NCBI GenBank assembly: GCA_049570475.1
Contig: CP186953.1
Coordinates: forward strand, 128,001-192,000
Source: Candidatus Methanosuratincola verstraetei
Lineage (GTDB): Archaea; Thermoproteota; Methanomethylicia; Methanomethylicales; Methanomethylicaceae
Reading direction: 5' to 3'
Length of the DNA stretch: 64,000 bases
The position numbers were made by a program, and so were the translations under genes. Positions 29,268-39,301 of the stretch are shown in pieces. Position 1 is the stretch's first letter, and each line of letters opens with the position of its first letter. A model generated the notes under the pieces. That model did no database searches. It was not told the origin of the DNA and worked only from the letters and a program-made list of their open reading frames with translations.

Positions 29268-29291
29268 TATCTTATGCGATATATTAAGCGA
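29268..29291. promoter_or_regulatory. Tandem 12-nt imperfect repeat upstream of padR (candidate operator)
   Basis: TATCTTATGCGA / TATATTAAGCGA (10 of 12 identical), next to TTTAAA. Confidence 0.35.
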
Positions 29292-29389
29292 CATTGCGCC
29301 GGATTTTTGTTGGCATGGAGTTTGGGCAGGAAGGCAAGTGAAGTAAAACGAAGGAAAGGATATAACCACAAAAAAACCAATAGTCCACG

Positions 29390-30331
29390 GTGCCTGCATT
29401 GGAGATTGTGAATGACCCGCTCACGGGCAAAAAAGTAGAGGTAGTGAGGCATTCTGATCTGAGGATAGGGACCCCCAGGAGGGGGAAGGTGAGGGATGTT
29501 TATGACCTCGGGGACGAGTTGCTCATCTACCACACTGACAGGATCTCAGCATTCGACGTGGTAATGCCCACGCTGATACCCCACAAGGGCGAGTCGCTGC
29601 TCAAGCTGTCTGTCTACTGGATGGAGAGGAGCAGGAAGGTCTTCCCAAACCACCTGGTAAGCGTGGAGGATAGCCGTACGATACGCGTAAAGAAGGCCAA
29701 GCGGATCGATGTCGAGTGGGTCGTGAGGAAGTACTTGTACGGATCCCTATGGAGGGCGTACAGGGATGGGCGCAGGGAGATGTATGGGATGAAGTTCCCT
29801 GACGGGCTGAGGCTTGCGGATGAGCTGCCTGAGGCAGTCATAACCCCCACTACAAAGGCGGACGTGGGCCACGACGAAGAGATCTCAAAAGATGAGGCGA
29901 TAAGGAGGGGGCTAGTCGACAGGGATACATGGGGTGAGCTCGAGGAAGCCACACTGAGGCTATTCGAGTTCTACGAGGCTGAAGGCAAGAAGAGGGGGAT
30001 AATAATACCGGATTTCAAAATAGAGTTCGGCTCGGTCAAGGGGGAGCTTATCCAGATAGATGAGCCGCCAACCCACGACTCAGCCAGGATGTGGGCAATA
30101 AAATACTACAGACCGGGGGAGCCCCAAGAGAAGCACTGCTTGGACAAGGAGTTCCTGAGGGAATGCCTAAGGAGGATGGGCTTCTCGGGAGAGGGGAACC
30201 CACCAGAGCTGCCCCAAGAAGTCGTGAGGGAGATCTCCAAGAGGTGCATCGGCGCCTACTCCGTAATCTCTGGGGAGTCGACGATAGATGATCTGAAACT
30301 TGCGAGCGTTGACGAGATCTTTTCCAGATGA
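29390..30331 (+). CDS. purC: SAICAR synthase
   Basis: GKVRDVY, DRISAFD, TPTTKA, DFKIEFG, LDKEFLR. Confidence 0.93.
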   Translation: MPALEIVNDPLTGKKVEVVRHSDLRIGTPRRGKVRDVYDLGDELLIYHTDRISAFDVVMPTLIPHKGESLLKLSVYWMERSRKVFPNHLVSVEDSRTIRVKKAKRIDVEWVVRKYLYGSLWRAYRDGRREMYGMKFPDGLRLADELPEAVITPTTKADVGHDEEISKDEAIRRGLVDRDTWGELEEATLRLFEFYEAEGKKRGIIIPDFKIEFGSVKGELIQIDEPPTHDSARMWAIKYYRPGEPQEKHCLDKEFLRECLRRMGFSGEGNPPELPQEVVREISKRCIGAYSVISGESTIDDLKLASVDEIFSR

Positions 30332-30399
30332 GCCGGACCTAAGAGCCTCTTTCTTTTTATTTATTCTGCCGACTCGCGCAATTCCAGGAGGTTCTGTTT

Positions 30400-31857
30400 T
30401 CAAGCGCCAGCCTCCCCTATCCTCCTGACGCGCGTCCATGAAACCCTCCTCTTGAGCAGCACGTCGAATAGGGCCTTGATGAGGAAAAAATCTATCAACT
30501 GCTTGTAGCCGAAGACAAAGAATGGCGAAAAAAGGACGAGCCGCCGGTCCTCCCCATCTATCTCAACCGCCAATAGGCTAAGCAAGAACTGAAGGAACAC
30601 AAAGATCAGGAACATGGCCAAAATTTGGAGATACTCACCCTGGATCAAGGAGGCGAATGCCGACGCCCAGACAGCAATTCCTGCAAAAGGGAGCATCACC
30701 ATTGTCAAAAAGATGAATGGGAAGGTGATCTGGTAGAGGAAACCGAACCGCGGGTTTGTGAAAGCATCCCTGTGCTTCCAGATCGTCTGGAAGTTGCCCC
30801 GGTACCACCTCATCCTCTGCCTATAGAGGTCGCGGAGGCTGGTTGGGGCCTCGGTATAGGCAAGCGCCTCGGACGATGCCTGCACGATCCTGCCAGCCTT
30901 GAGCGTCTTGACCGTGGTGTCGAAATCCTCAACGATCGTGTCTGGGTCGTAAAGCCCTCCCGCTTCCAGAACAGACCTCCTGAACGCGCCAAGAGCCCCA
31001 GGCACCACTGCAACCGCTCCGAAGAGGTCGAATGCCCTCCTGAAGATGTTTATGCTTGCGATGTACTCCAGCGCCTGGCATTTAGTAACCCAGTTCATCC
31101 TGTTCAGCACTTTTATGTTGCCGCAGACTGCTGAGACCTCCTCGCTCCTGAACTTCTTAACCAGACCTTTTATTGCATCCCTACCGACAATGCTGTCTGC
31201 ATCGACTGTGACGATTATTTCGCCTTTCGAGAGCCTGATTCCGTAATTTAGAGCGGAGTGTTTCCCGCCATTCTCCTTGTGGTAGACCCGGATCCCAAAC
31301 TTCTCGTAGGAAGAGGCTATTGCGAGCGTGTTGTCGGTGGATCCGTCGTCAACGATGATTATCTCCTTGTTCGGGTAGTCAGCCTCAACCAGGGATTCCA
31401 GGGTCCTCGCAATGACCCTCTCCTCATTGTACGCAGGCACTATGATGCTTACTAGCGGATATGATTCGAGGGGCGGCTCTTCCCTCTCTATCCTTTTGTG
31501 GTAGACTGCCAGTGGGACCGCAAGGAAGTTGCTCCAGAATGTGAAGACCAGCCCCAGGGCAACAACTGATGAGGCAATAGACCGCGTGATGCTGTATGTC
31601 TCTAGGAATGCCACGGCCGCGAAAAATAAGGGAAGGATCAGGATTGCCAAGATCAGGAGGGGCGGGACCTTCGACCTTCCCTTGGTGGGTTGCACCCTCA
31701 TAAGGATCAGGAAGTATGCGACAAGAAGGGCCGCTGATCCGAAGGTGATCAAGGCGAGTAGGCCGGGGGTGAAGATCAATATGAGCCCTGTTGTCGCGAA
31801 TACAAGGAGAAGGATCAGGGCAATCTCCCAAAAATGCTCTTTCTCCTTGTACGACAT
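30400..31857 (-). CDS. Processive membrane GT2 glycosyltransferase (PgaC/IcaA/cellulose-synthase-like)
   Basis: PAYNEE, VDDGSTD, VDADS, VEDFD and QRMRWYRG, with about 4 N-terminal and 3 C-terminal TM helices. Confidence 0.88.
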   Translation of the reverse strand: MSYKEKEHFWEIALILLLVFATTGLILIFTPGLLALITFGSAALLVAYFLILMRVQPTKGRSKVPPLLILAILILPLFFAAVAFLETYSITRSIASSVVALGLVFTFWSNFLAVPLAVYHKRIEREEPPLESYPLVSIIVPAYNEERVIARTLESLVEADYPNKEIIIVDDGSTDNTLAIASSYEKFGIRVYHKENGGKHSALNYGIRLSKGEIIVTVDADSIVGRDAIKGLVKKFRSEEVSAVCGNIKVLNRMNWVTKCQALEYIASINIFRRAFDLFGAVAVVPGALGAFRRSVLEAGGLYDPDTIVEDFDTTVKTLKAGRIVQASSEALAYTEAPTSLRDLYRQRMRWYRGNFQTIWKHRDAFTNPRFGFLYQITFPFIFLTMVMLPFAGIAVWASAFASLIQGEYLQILAMFLIFVFLQFLLSLLAVEIDGEDRRLVLFSPFFVFGYKQLIDFFLIKALFDVLLKRRVSWTRVRRIGEAGA

Positions 31858-31877
31858 TTACTGGCGCCTCCCGGGGG

Positions 31878-32885
31878 TCAGTATGTCTCAGGAGGGGTCG
31901 ACCTAACGACTTCCGGCTTCTGCAGCATGCCTTCGAGCCTGGTTCTGATCTCCTCGATAAGATCGGAGGCTGATCCCGCCTCGACCACTTGCATTCCGTA
32001 GCCCTCCGCCAGGTTTCTTGCTGGCTGGTCAAGCGAAGGGATGGCAGCGATCAAAGTAGCCCCGGAGGCCACATCGATCGATTTTGCCATGGTAGCGAGG
32101 ACTATCATCGAATCGAGAGGCCTGTCAGATGCGTAAATGCTGACTGCCGCGGAGGGGACTGCCGAATCTTTGCTCCTCCACACGACGAGATCGAACTCGT
32201 GAACTACCCCGCTCTTGCCCCGGATCCTTGCAGGCGCCTCGGCGTAGAAGCCTAGGGACTGGAGCCTCTGGGCTACCCTGCCTAGATCGATCAGCTCTTT
32301 CTCTAGGATCGCCAGGCCCCCAGGGCTAAGCCTGTACCCAGGCACGCGCTTGAGCTGCAGATCAGAATCCCCTGAGCTGTGCCCATTTTGGCATATGTAA
32401 CGCTTCTCGGGGCTTGGGTCAAACCGGCCGCACGAGCTGCAGTGGTAGAAATAACCATGCTTCCGGTAGTCGACGCCTATTGCAGTCAGCGGCTTGCGGC
32501 ACTTCGGACAGACAAGACGGTCCCCCTGCCTGAAGACATCCTCAGTCTCTATCATTCCGCACTTCAAGTGCTCAAGCATGGGCGCTTTTGAGATCTTCAT
32601 CGATCCGCATGTTCGGCACCTTATCTGGATGAAGAACTGGTGCGAGCCGCAAACAGGGCATACGATCAAGTTCTCTGCTTCCTCAGATGCCAAGATGCCC
32701 TCGCGTTCTAGACTTTCCAGAAGCTCTGCAGACTCATGCGGATCAGCACCTGTAATTTCCTGGACTTCAGGGTAGTGCACCCCTCCAGAAAACGAGACGA
32801 GAGGCTTGAAGAAAGAGATCCTGCCCTCCTTAATAGCCCTCAGTAGCAGCTGAGCCTCACGCCTGTGGATCACCTTTTTTTCCAA
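31878..32885 (-). CDS. TackOD1-like multi-Zn-ribbon protein with a C-terminal degenerate PD-(D/E)xK-like domain
   Basis: wHTH-like LLESLEREGIL, then CPVC, CRTC, HLKC, CPKC, IGVDY, CSSC and CQNGH, followed by GKSGVVHEFDLVV. Confidence 0.72.
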   Translation of the reverse strand: MEKKVIHRREAQLLLRAIKEGRISFFKPLVSFSGGVHYPEVQEITGADPHESAELLESLEREGILASEEAENLIVCPVCGSHQFFIQIRCRTCGSMKISKAPMLEHLKCGMIETEDVFRQGDRLVCPKCRKPLTAIGVDYRKHGYFYHCSSCGRFDPSPEKRYICQNGHSSGDSDLQLKRVPGYRLSPGGLAILEKELIDLGRVAQRLQSLGFYAEAPARIRGKSGVVHEFDLVVWRSKDSAVPSAAVSIYASDRPLDSMIVLATMAKSIDVASGATLIAAIPSLDQPARNLAEGYGMQVVEAGSASDLIEEIRTRLEGMLQKPEVVRSTPPETY

Positions 32886-33000
32886 ATTGCATTACCATTA
32901 GTGTGTGAATTGATTTTTGAATTTAAGCTTATTGTTCAACAGTTCGAATTGCTAGCCGCTGTATTGGCGGAAAAGGCGCTATTTTGAGGCGGGCTTCCAA

Positions 33001-33828
33001 CTAAGCACGCCTGCCCCCCAACTTGGCGACGATCAATGCACTGAAAAGCCACCACGGGTCATTGTACTTCTCAGGCTCGAGAAGGTCAACAGATTCATTG
33101 GCGATTTCCACGACATCCCATCCTGCGCGCTCGAGAGCTGCTGAATAATCCGCGATTGAGCGGAGAACATACTCCTGTTCTACCCGGGCAATATACTCAA
33201 AATCTTTGCCCCGGCGCCTGTAGAACTCCTTGGTGGTCGTTACTCTCGATTCCATGCAGTAATAATGCCATGCATGGAGGCACAAAATGTCGCCCGCGAC
33301 CCTGAACCAGCTCTGAACAGATGGAGCCGCGCTCAGAGAAGCCAAGAAACGCTCCTTGACAGTCTCCCTCAGCAAAAGTATTGCGCCATCCCTCATGTGA
33401 AGGGCTAGATTCCCAAAGACCGAAGTTGCCTCATCAATCGACTTCCACGCAGGGGCAAGTATGCAGAGGGCAGCATCGAATTTCTTTCCAGAGACGGGGC
33501 CAAGCTCCCTATAGTCGCCAACAATGTAGGTCACATTTTTGGATACGCCAAGTTCTTGAGCAAGCCTCTTTGCCTCGCCTATGCACCGGCTAGAAAGGTC
33601 CATGCCTGTCACCGAGTATCCCATTCCAGCCAACATGTTTGAGATCCTGCCTGTTCCGCACCCCAGATCCAAGATCTCTTTGCCAGGGCTATGCGTGCGC
33701 AAGTAACGATCTATCGCACCAATGTCCCTCTCTCCGGTCTTGTTCTGGCTGCGCAAAACGAGGTACCAAAGCTCTTCGTCGTAGCCGTAGATCTTATTTT
33801 CACTTTCCTTTATTCCAATTTCAGACAT
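33001..33828 (-). CDS. Class I SAM-dependent methyltransferase
   Basis: ILDLGCGTGR, TGMDLS, GDYREL, FDAALC. Overlaps the upstream ATPase gene by 8 nt. Confidence 0.85.
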   Translation of the reverse strand: MSEIGIKESENKIYGYDEELWYLVLRSQNKTGERDIGAIDRYLRTHSPGKEILDLGCGTGRISNMLAGMGYSVTGMDLSSRCIGEAKRLAQELGVSKNVTYIVGDYRELGPVSGKKFDAALCILAPAWKSIDEATSVFGNLALHMRDGAILLLRETVKERFLASLSAAPSVQSWFRVAGDILCLHAWHYYCMESRVTTTKEFYRRRGKDFEYIARVEQEYVLRSIADYSAALERAGWDVVEIANESVDLLEPEKYNDPWWLFSALIVAKLGGRRA

Positions 33829-34756
33829 ATTTGAAGCACCTTACCTTGAAACCATCAATTTCCGCCAGAGGCGGTCTCTCATCCAAGCATCTCACAGATC
33901 TGTGACTGCAGCGAGGGTTGAACCTGCACCCGGGGGGCGGGGAAACCATGCTCGGATTCTCCCCCTCAATCGGCTTTAGGCCCCTCGATGGTAAAGACTC
34001 GAGCAGCGCCCAGGAGTATGGATGCTTAGGAGAGGCGAAGAAATCCCGAGTTTTTGATATTTCAACTACCTCCCCACAGTACATTACGCAGACCCTATCC
34101 GACACCTCTTTTAAGAAGCATAGGTCATGCGATACGATCATCATTGCGCCTGTCCTTTGCTTTGCCAATTGGAGCAGATCGATCACCAGACGCTTCTTCC
34201 TTTCATCAAGACCTTTTGTCGGCTCGTCAACGAACACTGCCTCTGATTTCCCCGAGATGCCCATTGCGACAAGAGCCCGCTGCAGCATGCCGCCGCTAAG
34301 CTGGTGCCTGTAGCTGCGGGCAGCTTTCTCAGGGGATTCTATGCCCATATCCCCAAGCAGCCTAACCGCCGTGCCGTATCCTTCTTCCTTTCCCATATTG
34401 AAGTGCTCCATCGGCCTTTCAGAGATCTGGAGCCAGCATTTTAGGAAGGGATTGAGCGAACCGAAGCCCTGCGGTATGAGCGAGAAATGCCTTCCTATCA
34501 ACTGCATTGCCCTCTTCCGATCCATGGAAAGAATGTCGTTGCCGCAATACAAGATCTCCCCACTTGACCTTGCATTTTCAGGAAGGAGCCTGAACACTGA
34601 GTTGAGCAGCACCGTCTTTCCGCTGCCTGACTCCCCGAGCACACCCAGCACTTCACCTCTCTGGAGCTCAAGGTTGACGCCATTGAGTGCACTAACCCGC
34701 ATCTGTTGCATCTCGAAATCCACGCAGAGGTCCCTAATCTCAATAATCTTGCCCAA
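33821..34756 (-). CDS. Nickel/peptide ABC transporter ATPase (DppD/NikD-like)
   Basis: GESGSGKT, LSGGMLQR, DEPT, HPYS, C-terminal GCRFNPRC...C. Confidence 0.88.
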   Translation of the reverse strand: MGKIIEIRDLCVDFEMQQMRVSALNGVNLELQRGEVLGVLGESGSGKTVLLNSVFRLLPENARSSGEILYCGNDILSMDRKRAMQLIGRHFSLIPQGFGSLNPFLKCWLQISERPMEHFNMGKEEGYGTAVRLLGDMGIESPEKAARSYRHQLSGGMLQRALVAMGISGKSEAVFVDEPTKGLDERKKRLVIDLLQLAKQRTGAMMIVSHDLCFLKEVSDRVCVMYCGEVVEISKTRDFFASPKHPYSWALLESLPSRGLKPIEGENPSMVSPPPGCRFNPRCSHRSVRCLDERPPLAEIDGFKVRCFKYV

Positions 34757-35705
34757 AGAGCCAGCACCTCACCGATCTTGCCTTGCCAGTCATGAACTCA
34801 GGGGGAGACGATTTTGAACATGCCCCCATGCGTGCATCGCATTGGCTGTAAAATGGGCACCCAGTGCCCCTATTCATCTCGAGTCCCGAGGCAGATCCCG
34901 AGAGGAGAGATAAGGTATACGGGTGCAGGGGCGATGAAAATACATCTGAGGCGGCCCCTGATTCCACTATACTTCCGCCCAGCATTACGCAAACTCGATT
35001 TGAGATCGCCTCGGCTAGGCTCAAGTCATGGGTAACAAAAAGCACGGCAAACCCATTTTCCTTCTTGGCTTCAAGGAGCTGGTGGACAATCTTTGCCTGA
35101 GTCGAAGGGTCGAGCATAGAGGTCGGCTCATCTGCTATCACGACATCAGGGCTGAGCACCATAGCTTTAGCAAGAACTGCCCTCTGCAGCTCGCCGCCGC
35201 TCAGATCCCTCGGCTTGCGCCTAAGTTGATCCAAACCTAGACCAACTCTAGACGAGACAGACCGGACCTTTTCCAATTCTTCTTCCCGCGTTCTCGCTTC
35301 CTTGTGTATCCTCAGCGGCTCCGCTATGCTATCATAAATGTACCATGTCGGATCCAGGGCCAGATCGGGGTACTGCGGCACGAACTGGACTTTTCTCCTG
35401 AAGTGGAGGAGATCCTTGCTGCCCATCTTGGCTAACGGCTTATCCCCAAAAAAGACCTCTCCGCTTGTGGGTTGAATCAGGCCTGCCAATATCTTTGCCA
35501 AGGTGGTCTTTCCGCTGCCTGACTCCCCAATCAACGCAAGCAGTTCCCCTCTCCTGATCGAGATTGATGCGCCCGCCAGCGCAGTGAAGCCTCCCTTTAG
35601 GTATGATTTGAAGATCTTCACCACATCCCTGCAGCCGAGCAGAGGAGCAGAGTCTAGGAGTCTCTGGGAAGGCGTTTCATATGATTTCGGGCTGAGTTGC
35701 TTCAT
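34740..35705 (-). CDS. Nickel/peptide ABC transporter ATPase (DppF/NikE-like)
   Basis: GESGSGKT, LSGGELQR, ADEPTSMLD, HPYT, GCPFYSQC. Confidence 0.88.
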   Translation of the reverse strand: MKQLSPKSYETPSQRLLDSAPLLGCRDVVKIFKSYLKGGFTALAGASISIRRGELLALIGESGSGKTTLAKILAGLIQPTSGEVFFGDKPLAKMGSKDLLHFRRKVQFVPQYPDLALDPTWYIYDSIAEPLRIHKEARTREEELEKVRSVSSRVGLGLDQLRRKPRDLSGGELQRAVLAKAMVLSPDVVIADEPTSMLDPSTQAKIVHQLLEAKKENGFAVLFVTHDLSLAEAISNRVCVMLGGSIVESGAASDVFSSPLHPYTLSLLSGSASGLEMNRGTGCPFYSQCDARMGACSKSSPPEFMTGKARSVRCWLFGQDY

Positions 35706-36541
35706 GACACATCACCTATCGACTTTGTGCTTGACCTGTACCTGGACTCCATCCCCATGCCGATCAGGATGAAGCCAAGTGAGGAAAAAGATATGCAGAT
35801 GCCTGGCGGCACGAATGTCCACCAAGCCCCGTGCAGGAGGGCTCCCCGAGTCATGGCGAAATGGAGCATCATACCCCAGCTTGGGTTTTGCGGATCCCCG
35901 AGCCCGATGAAGCTCAGCCCAGCCTCCAAGAGGATCGAGCTGGAAACCGCAAGCACAAACCTGGCTAGCACAATGCCCCAGACATTGGGCAACACGTGCC
36001 TGAACATGATATAGGGCTTCCTTGCCCCTACGCCCATCAGCCCCTCGATAAAAGGGCTACCCCTGATCTGGCGTGCGCGCGCCCTTACCATCCTCGCGGT
36101 TGTCGGCCACCAGAGCAGACCAATAACCATCACGACATTCATGAATGATGGACCAAGATAAGCCGCAAGTAGAATCATCAGTGGGAGTGCAGGAACAACA
36201 AGGAAGAAATCAGTTATCGAGCCAAGCGCCTCATCCACGGTCCCGCCCATAAAACCTGCAAATACGCCTATAACGGTGCCAAACAGCGTTGAGACCGTAG
36301 CGCCAAGCAACCCTATCGAAAGCGAGACCCTGCTCCCCTGGAGCAGGATCGCCAAAACATCATCGCCTATATCGTTTGTTCCAAGGAAGTTTGAGGGTGA
36401 TGGGGGCAGGTAAGGAATGCTTGAAGGCATCCCGAAGCACCCCCCTGGCAAGAAGGACATCAATGTCATTGCAAATACCGCCAATATGAGGGCAATGCCG
36501 GCCCACTCAACCCCAGTTGGAGAGTAACCAAACCTTTTCAT
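35702..36541 (-). CDS. Nickel/peptide ABC permease (DppC/NikC-like)
   Basis: LGTNDIG, GSRVSL, RHVLPN, LSFIGLG...SWG. Confidence 0.88.
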   Translation of the reverse strand: MKRFGYSPTGVEWAGIALILAVFAMTLMSFLPGGCFGMPSSIPYLPPSPSNFLGTNDIGDDVLAILLQGSRVSLSIGLLGATVSTLFGTVIGVFAGFMGGTVDEALGSITDFFLVVPALPLMILLAAYLGPSFMNVVMVIGLLWWPTTARMVRARARQIRGSPFIEGLMGVGARKPYIMFRHVLPNVWGIVLARFVLAVSSSILLEAGLSFIGLGDPQNPSWGMMLHFAMTRGALLHGAWWTFVPPGICISFSSLGFILIGMGMESRYRSSTKSIGDVS

Positions 36542-37512
36542 GATCTTGACCTCGGATCCAGTGCATAAGAAAGAGCATCAGCCAAGGCATTCGCGCTGAC
36601 AACTACCAATGCCACCATTGTGAATGAAGCCTGTAGCAGAGGGTAATCCCTTTCGATCACGGCCTGCCACATCGTATAGCCCATGCCGGGCCAGCTGAAT
36701 GCAATCTCCACTAGAAGTGCGCCGGAGAACGCGAAACCCATCTCGATCGCGAAAAGCGAAAGGAGGGGAGGGAGGGATGGCTTAAGAAGGTGGCGCAGGC
36801 TGAAATTGAGTTTGCCAAGACCCTTAGAGAGGGCAGCTATGACAAACGGCTCCTCAGAGATCTCGATCGTCAGCCCGCGCACAATTATCGACACATATGC
36901 CGTGTTGAATATCGCGAGAACCAGGAGAGGCAGGGACAGATGCTGGACGATGGCGACAAAGGATGCTCCAGCAGGGGGAGCGCCGCCGATCGGCGCCCAT
37001 CCAAGCCATAGCGAGAAGAACAGCAGCATCAACATTGCCAACCAGTATGTGGGAAAAGAGTGTACTGCCACGCAAGCAGCGGAGACTAACCGTTTTGGCA
37101 GCCTGTCTGATTCCCAGCCGAGGGTGAGACCGATGGCAGTCCCTGCAACAAGGGAAAGCACTGTGGATGGCACGGTCATAATTAAAGTAAGAGGGAGCCT
37201 TTCGGCAATTATCTCAGAGATTTGTCGACCATAGCTGAATGAATATCCGAAGTCTGCCCTGAACAGGCTCATCAGGTAAATCCAGAACTGATCGACCAGG
37301 GGAAGATTCAACCCATACTTTGCAGTAAGAGCCTCAAAGAGTTCAGGGTTCCTGATTGCGGCACCGTAGACCTCCTCTCCGAATATGAAGAGCATCGGAT
37401 CGCCTGGCATCAGGCGAGGGATAAGGAAGTTGACCGTAATGATAGCGAAGACGAGAACCAGATACCTCAAAATCTTTCTTAATAAAAAAAGGGGGATCCT
37501 CAAGCCTGACAC
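36538..37512 (-). CDS. Nickel/peptide ABC permease (DppB/NikB-like)
   Basis: MPGDP, DFGYS, RLPLT, VEIAFSWPGMG, RDYPLLQ, LDPR. Confidence 0.88.
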   Translation of the reverse strand: MSGLRIPLFLLRKILRYLVLVFAIITVNFLIPRLMPGDPMLFIFGEEVYGAAIRNPELFEALTAKYGLNLPLVDQFWIYLMSLFRADFGYSFSYGRQISEIIAERLPLTLIMTVPSTVLSLVAGTAIGLTLGWESDRLPKRLVSAACVAVHSFPTYWLAMLMLLFFSLWLGWAPIGGAPPAGASFVAIVQHLSLPLLVLAIFNTAYVSIIVRGLTIEISEEPFVIAALSKGLGKLNFSLRHLLKPSLPPLLSLFAIEMGFAFSGALLVEIAFSWPGMGYTMWQAVIERDYPLLQASFTMVALVVVSANALADALSYALDPRSRS

Positions 37513-37533
37513 TTTCCTTTGGCACGCATAGCC

Positions 37534-39159
37534 CTACTTTACAATTACCGAAAACCAAGTATCTTTGCCGAGGATGCCGTACATTGTGTCGAAGACAAGA
37601 CCGCCGACCATGTCAGACCGGTATGGCTGGATTATCTTGCCCCAGTAGAGGGGGATTGCGTACATGTTAGTGGCATAAAGGTCTTGCAGCCTCCTGTAGA
37701 GCTCTTTGGTGCGACTCTGGTTAGCGGTTCGGAGTATCTCATCGACCACTGCGTGGTACTCAGGGTCATCAACGTTGGCCCAGCCCATATTCCTGTTGTC
37801 GAAGTAAAGCGTGCCTGCCCCAGCATACATGATCATACCCCAGAAGGTAGTCCTAGATATGGCGGAGTCGAAGTCCTTAGTTTTCTGAGTGATCGTCTGG
37901 AAGGTGCTGACGTCAGCGGGGATTATCTGGACCCTTATACGTATGTTCTCGAGATCCCTCTTCACCAGCTCAGCAAGCCGCATCGACAGGGCTATGTCTG
38001 ACCTTGCCAGTATCTTCATAGTGAAAGCAGTGCCATTGGGGAAGTCCCTCCAGCCATCAGAGTCGCGGTCTGCAAAACCAAGCGAGTCGAGCATTGATGC
38101 TGCGCGGGAGGCGTTCTTCGCGAGCAGGGGCTTCTCGACGTAGTAATCCCAGCTGTCAGGTATCCAACCTTTCGTTGGCACCTTAGCATATCCGGCAGCG
38201 ATGAACGTGACGTAGCCATTATAGTCCAGCGCATATGATATAGCTTCCCTGAATTCGCTCATGTTGTATGGATACCGCATGCAGTTGAACCAGAGGCTGT
38301 TGTCCACGCCGAAGTTTGGCATTATAATAAATGAAACGTTCTTCTCCTCAAGGAGGGGCGGGACGTAAACTGGATCGATCCCGGAAGCATATGCATAAGT
38401 CGCAGCTATATCGCCCTTCTTAAGGGCCATAAGCATGGCATCAGTGCTGGTATAGAACCTGAGGGTCACTTTGTCAACAACAGGTGCCCCCCTCCAGTAG
38501 TTTTTGTTTGCATTGAAAGTCATTGCCCCTGAAGCAGAATCGAAGCCACCGTAGGTGAAGGGACCGCACCCGATATTCCTGTCGCTGCCGGCGTAGGTCG
38601 CTGGATCGGTGACATTGGCCCAGACGTGCTTCGGAATAAGCCTAGTCGCTGCAAGCCCTGTTGTGAAAGAGGTCCATTCCCTGCTTAGCTTAACCACGAC
38701 AGTCCTGTTGTCCAAAGGCTCTGCCGAGACCACGAACTGGAAGTGGGTTGCATAGTTTGGGTCTTTCGCTTTCAAGTAAGTTATTGTGAACGCCACATCC
38801 TCGGCGGTTACCGGCACTCCATCGTGCCAGGTGGCGTTTCTTATTAGCGTCAGCGTCCAGTCCTTGGAGTCTGCTGTTGACCAATTGACCAAGTAAGGAA
38901 CGATGCTGCCTCCCTGGTCGACCGCTGCCAAGGGGTCGAGGATGAAGCAGGCCGCGAAGATGCCCATGTAGTAGTCTTTTACGAAGTTGTCGGTCTTCAC
39001 GATGTTTGTAGTCCCGATTGTGAGCGCCTTTGTTACACTTTGGGTGTTGTTTGAAGCTGGGCTGCCGGTCGAGAAATAACCGCCATAAGCTGCAAATCCC
39101 AGCCCAGCCAGAATTAAAATTGCAATCCCAATAGAGCCTACAAGCAAGTTCTTTTTCAT
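37534..39159 (-). CDS. Family-5 (cluster C) substrate-binding protein, NikA/DppA-like; nickel or nickel-chelate substrate inferred from context
   Basis: N-terminal anchor, WHDGVPVTAEDVAFT, IPKHVW, GCGPF, FREAISYALD. ATG 39159. Confidence 0.85.
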   Translation of the reverse strand: MKKNLLVGSIGIAILILAGLGFAAYGGYFSTGSPASNNTQSVTKALTIGTTNIVKTDNFVKDYYMGIFAACFILDPLAAVDQGGSIVPYLVNWSTADSKDWTLTLIRNATWHDGVPVTAEDVAFTITYLKAKDPNYATHFQFVVSAEPLDNRTVVVKLSREWTSFTTGLAATRLIPKHVWANVTDPATYAGSDRNIGCGPFTYGGFDSASGAMTFNANKNYWRGAPVVDKVTLRFYTSTDAMLMALKKGDIAATYAYASGIDPVYVPPLLEEKNVSFIIMPNFGVDNSLWFNCMRYPYNMSEFREAISYALDYNGYVTFIAAGYAKVPTKGWIPDSWDYYVEKPLLAKNASRAASMLDSLGFADRDSDGWRDFPNGTAFTMKILARSDIALSMRLAELVKRDLENIRIRVQIIPADVSTFQTITQKTKDFDSAISRTTFWGMIMYAGAGTLYFDNRNMGWANVDDPEYHAVVDEILRTANQSRTKELYRRLQDLYATNMYAIPLYWGKIIQPYRSDMVGGLVFDTMYGILGKDTWFSVIVK

Positions 39160-39213
39160 CTCATCATCTACTCCTGGTATCATTTTTTCACAAAATAGTA
39201 ACACCTTAAATAA

Positions 39214-39233
39214 ATTTTGTTTCATAAGAAACA
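39214..39233. promoter_or_regulatory. Palindromic site, copy 1 (shared with the F430 operon promoter)
   Basis: ATTTTGTTTCATAAGAAACA, with core TGTTTC-ATAA-GAAACA directly upstream of minus-strand TTTATTTAA. Confidence 0.7.
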
Positions 39234-39301
39234 CCATTACAGATTAAGCCCTTGCGTGGCACGGTAGCTCACGCTTAAATTGTGTCGAAGCCAGGATAGT
39301 T

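Noticed and set aside
35674-35686. GTTTCATATGA as a third copy of the F430 palindrome
   Set aside because: It lies inside a coding sequence and the right arm (GAAACA) is missing.
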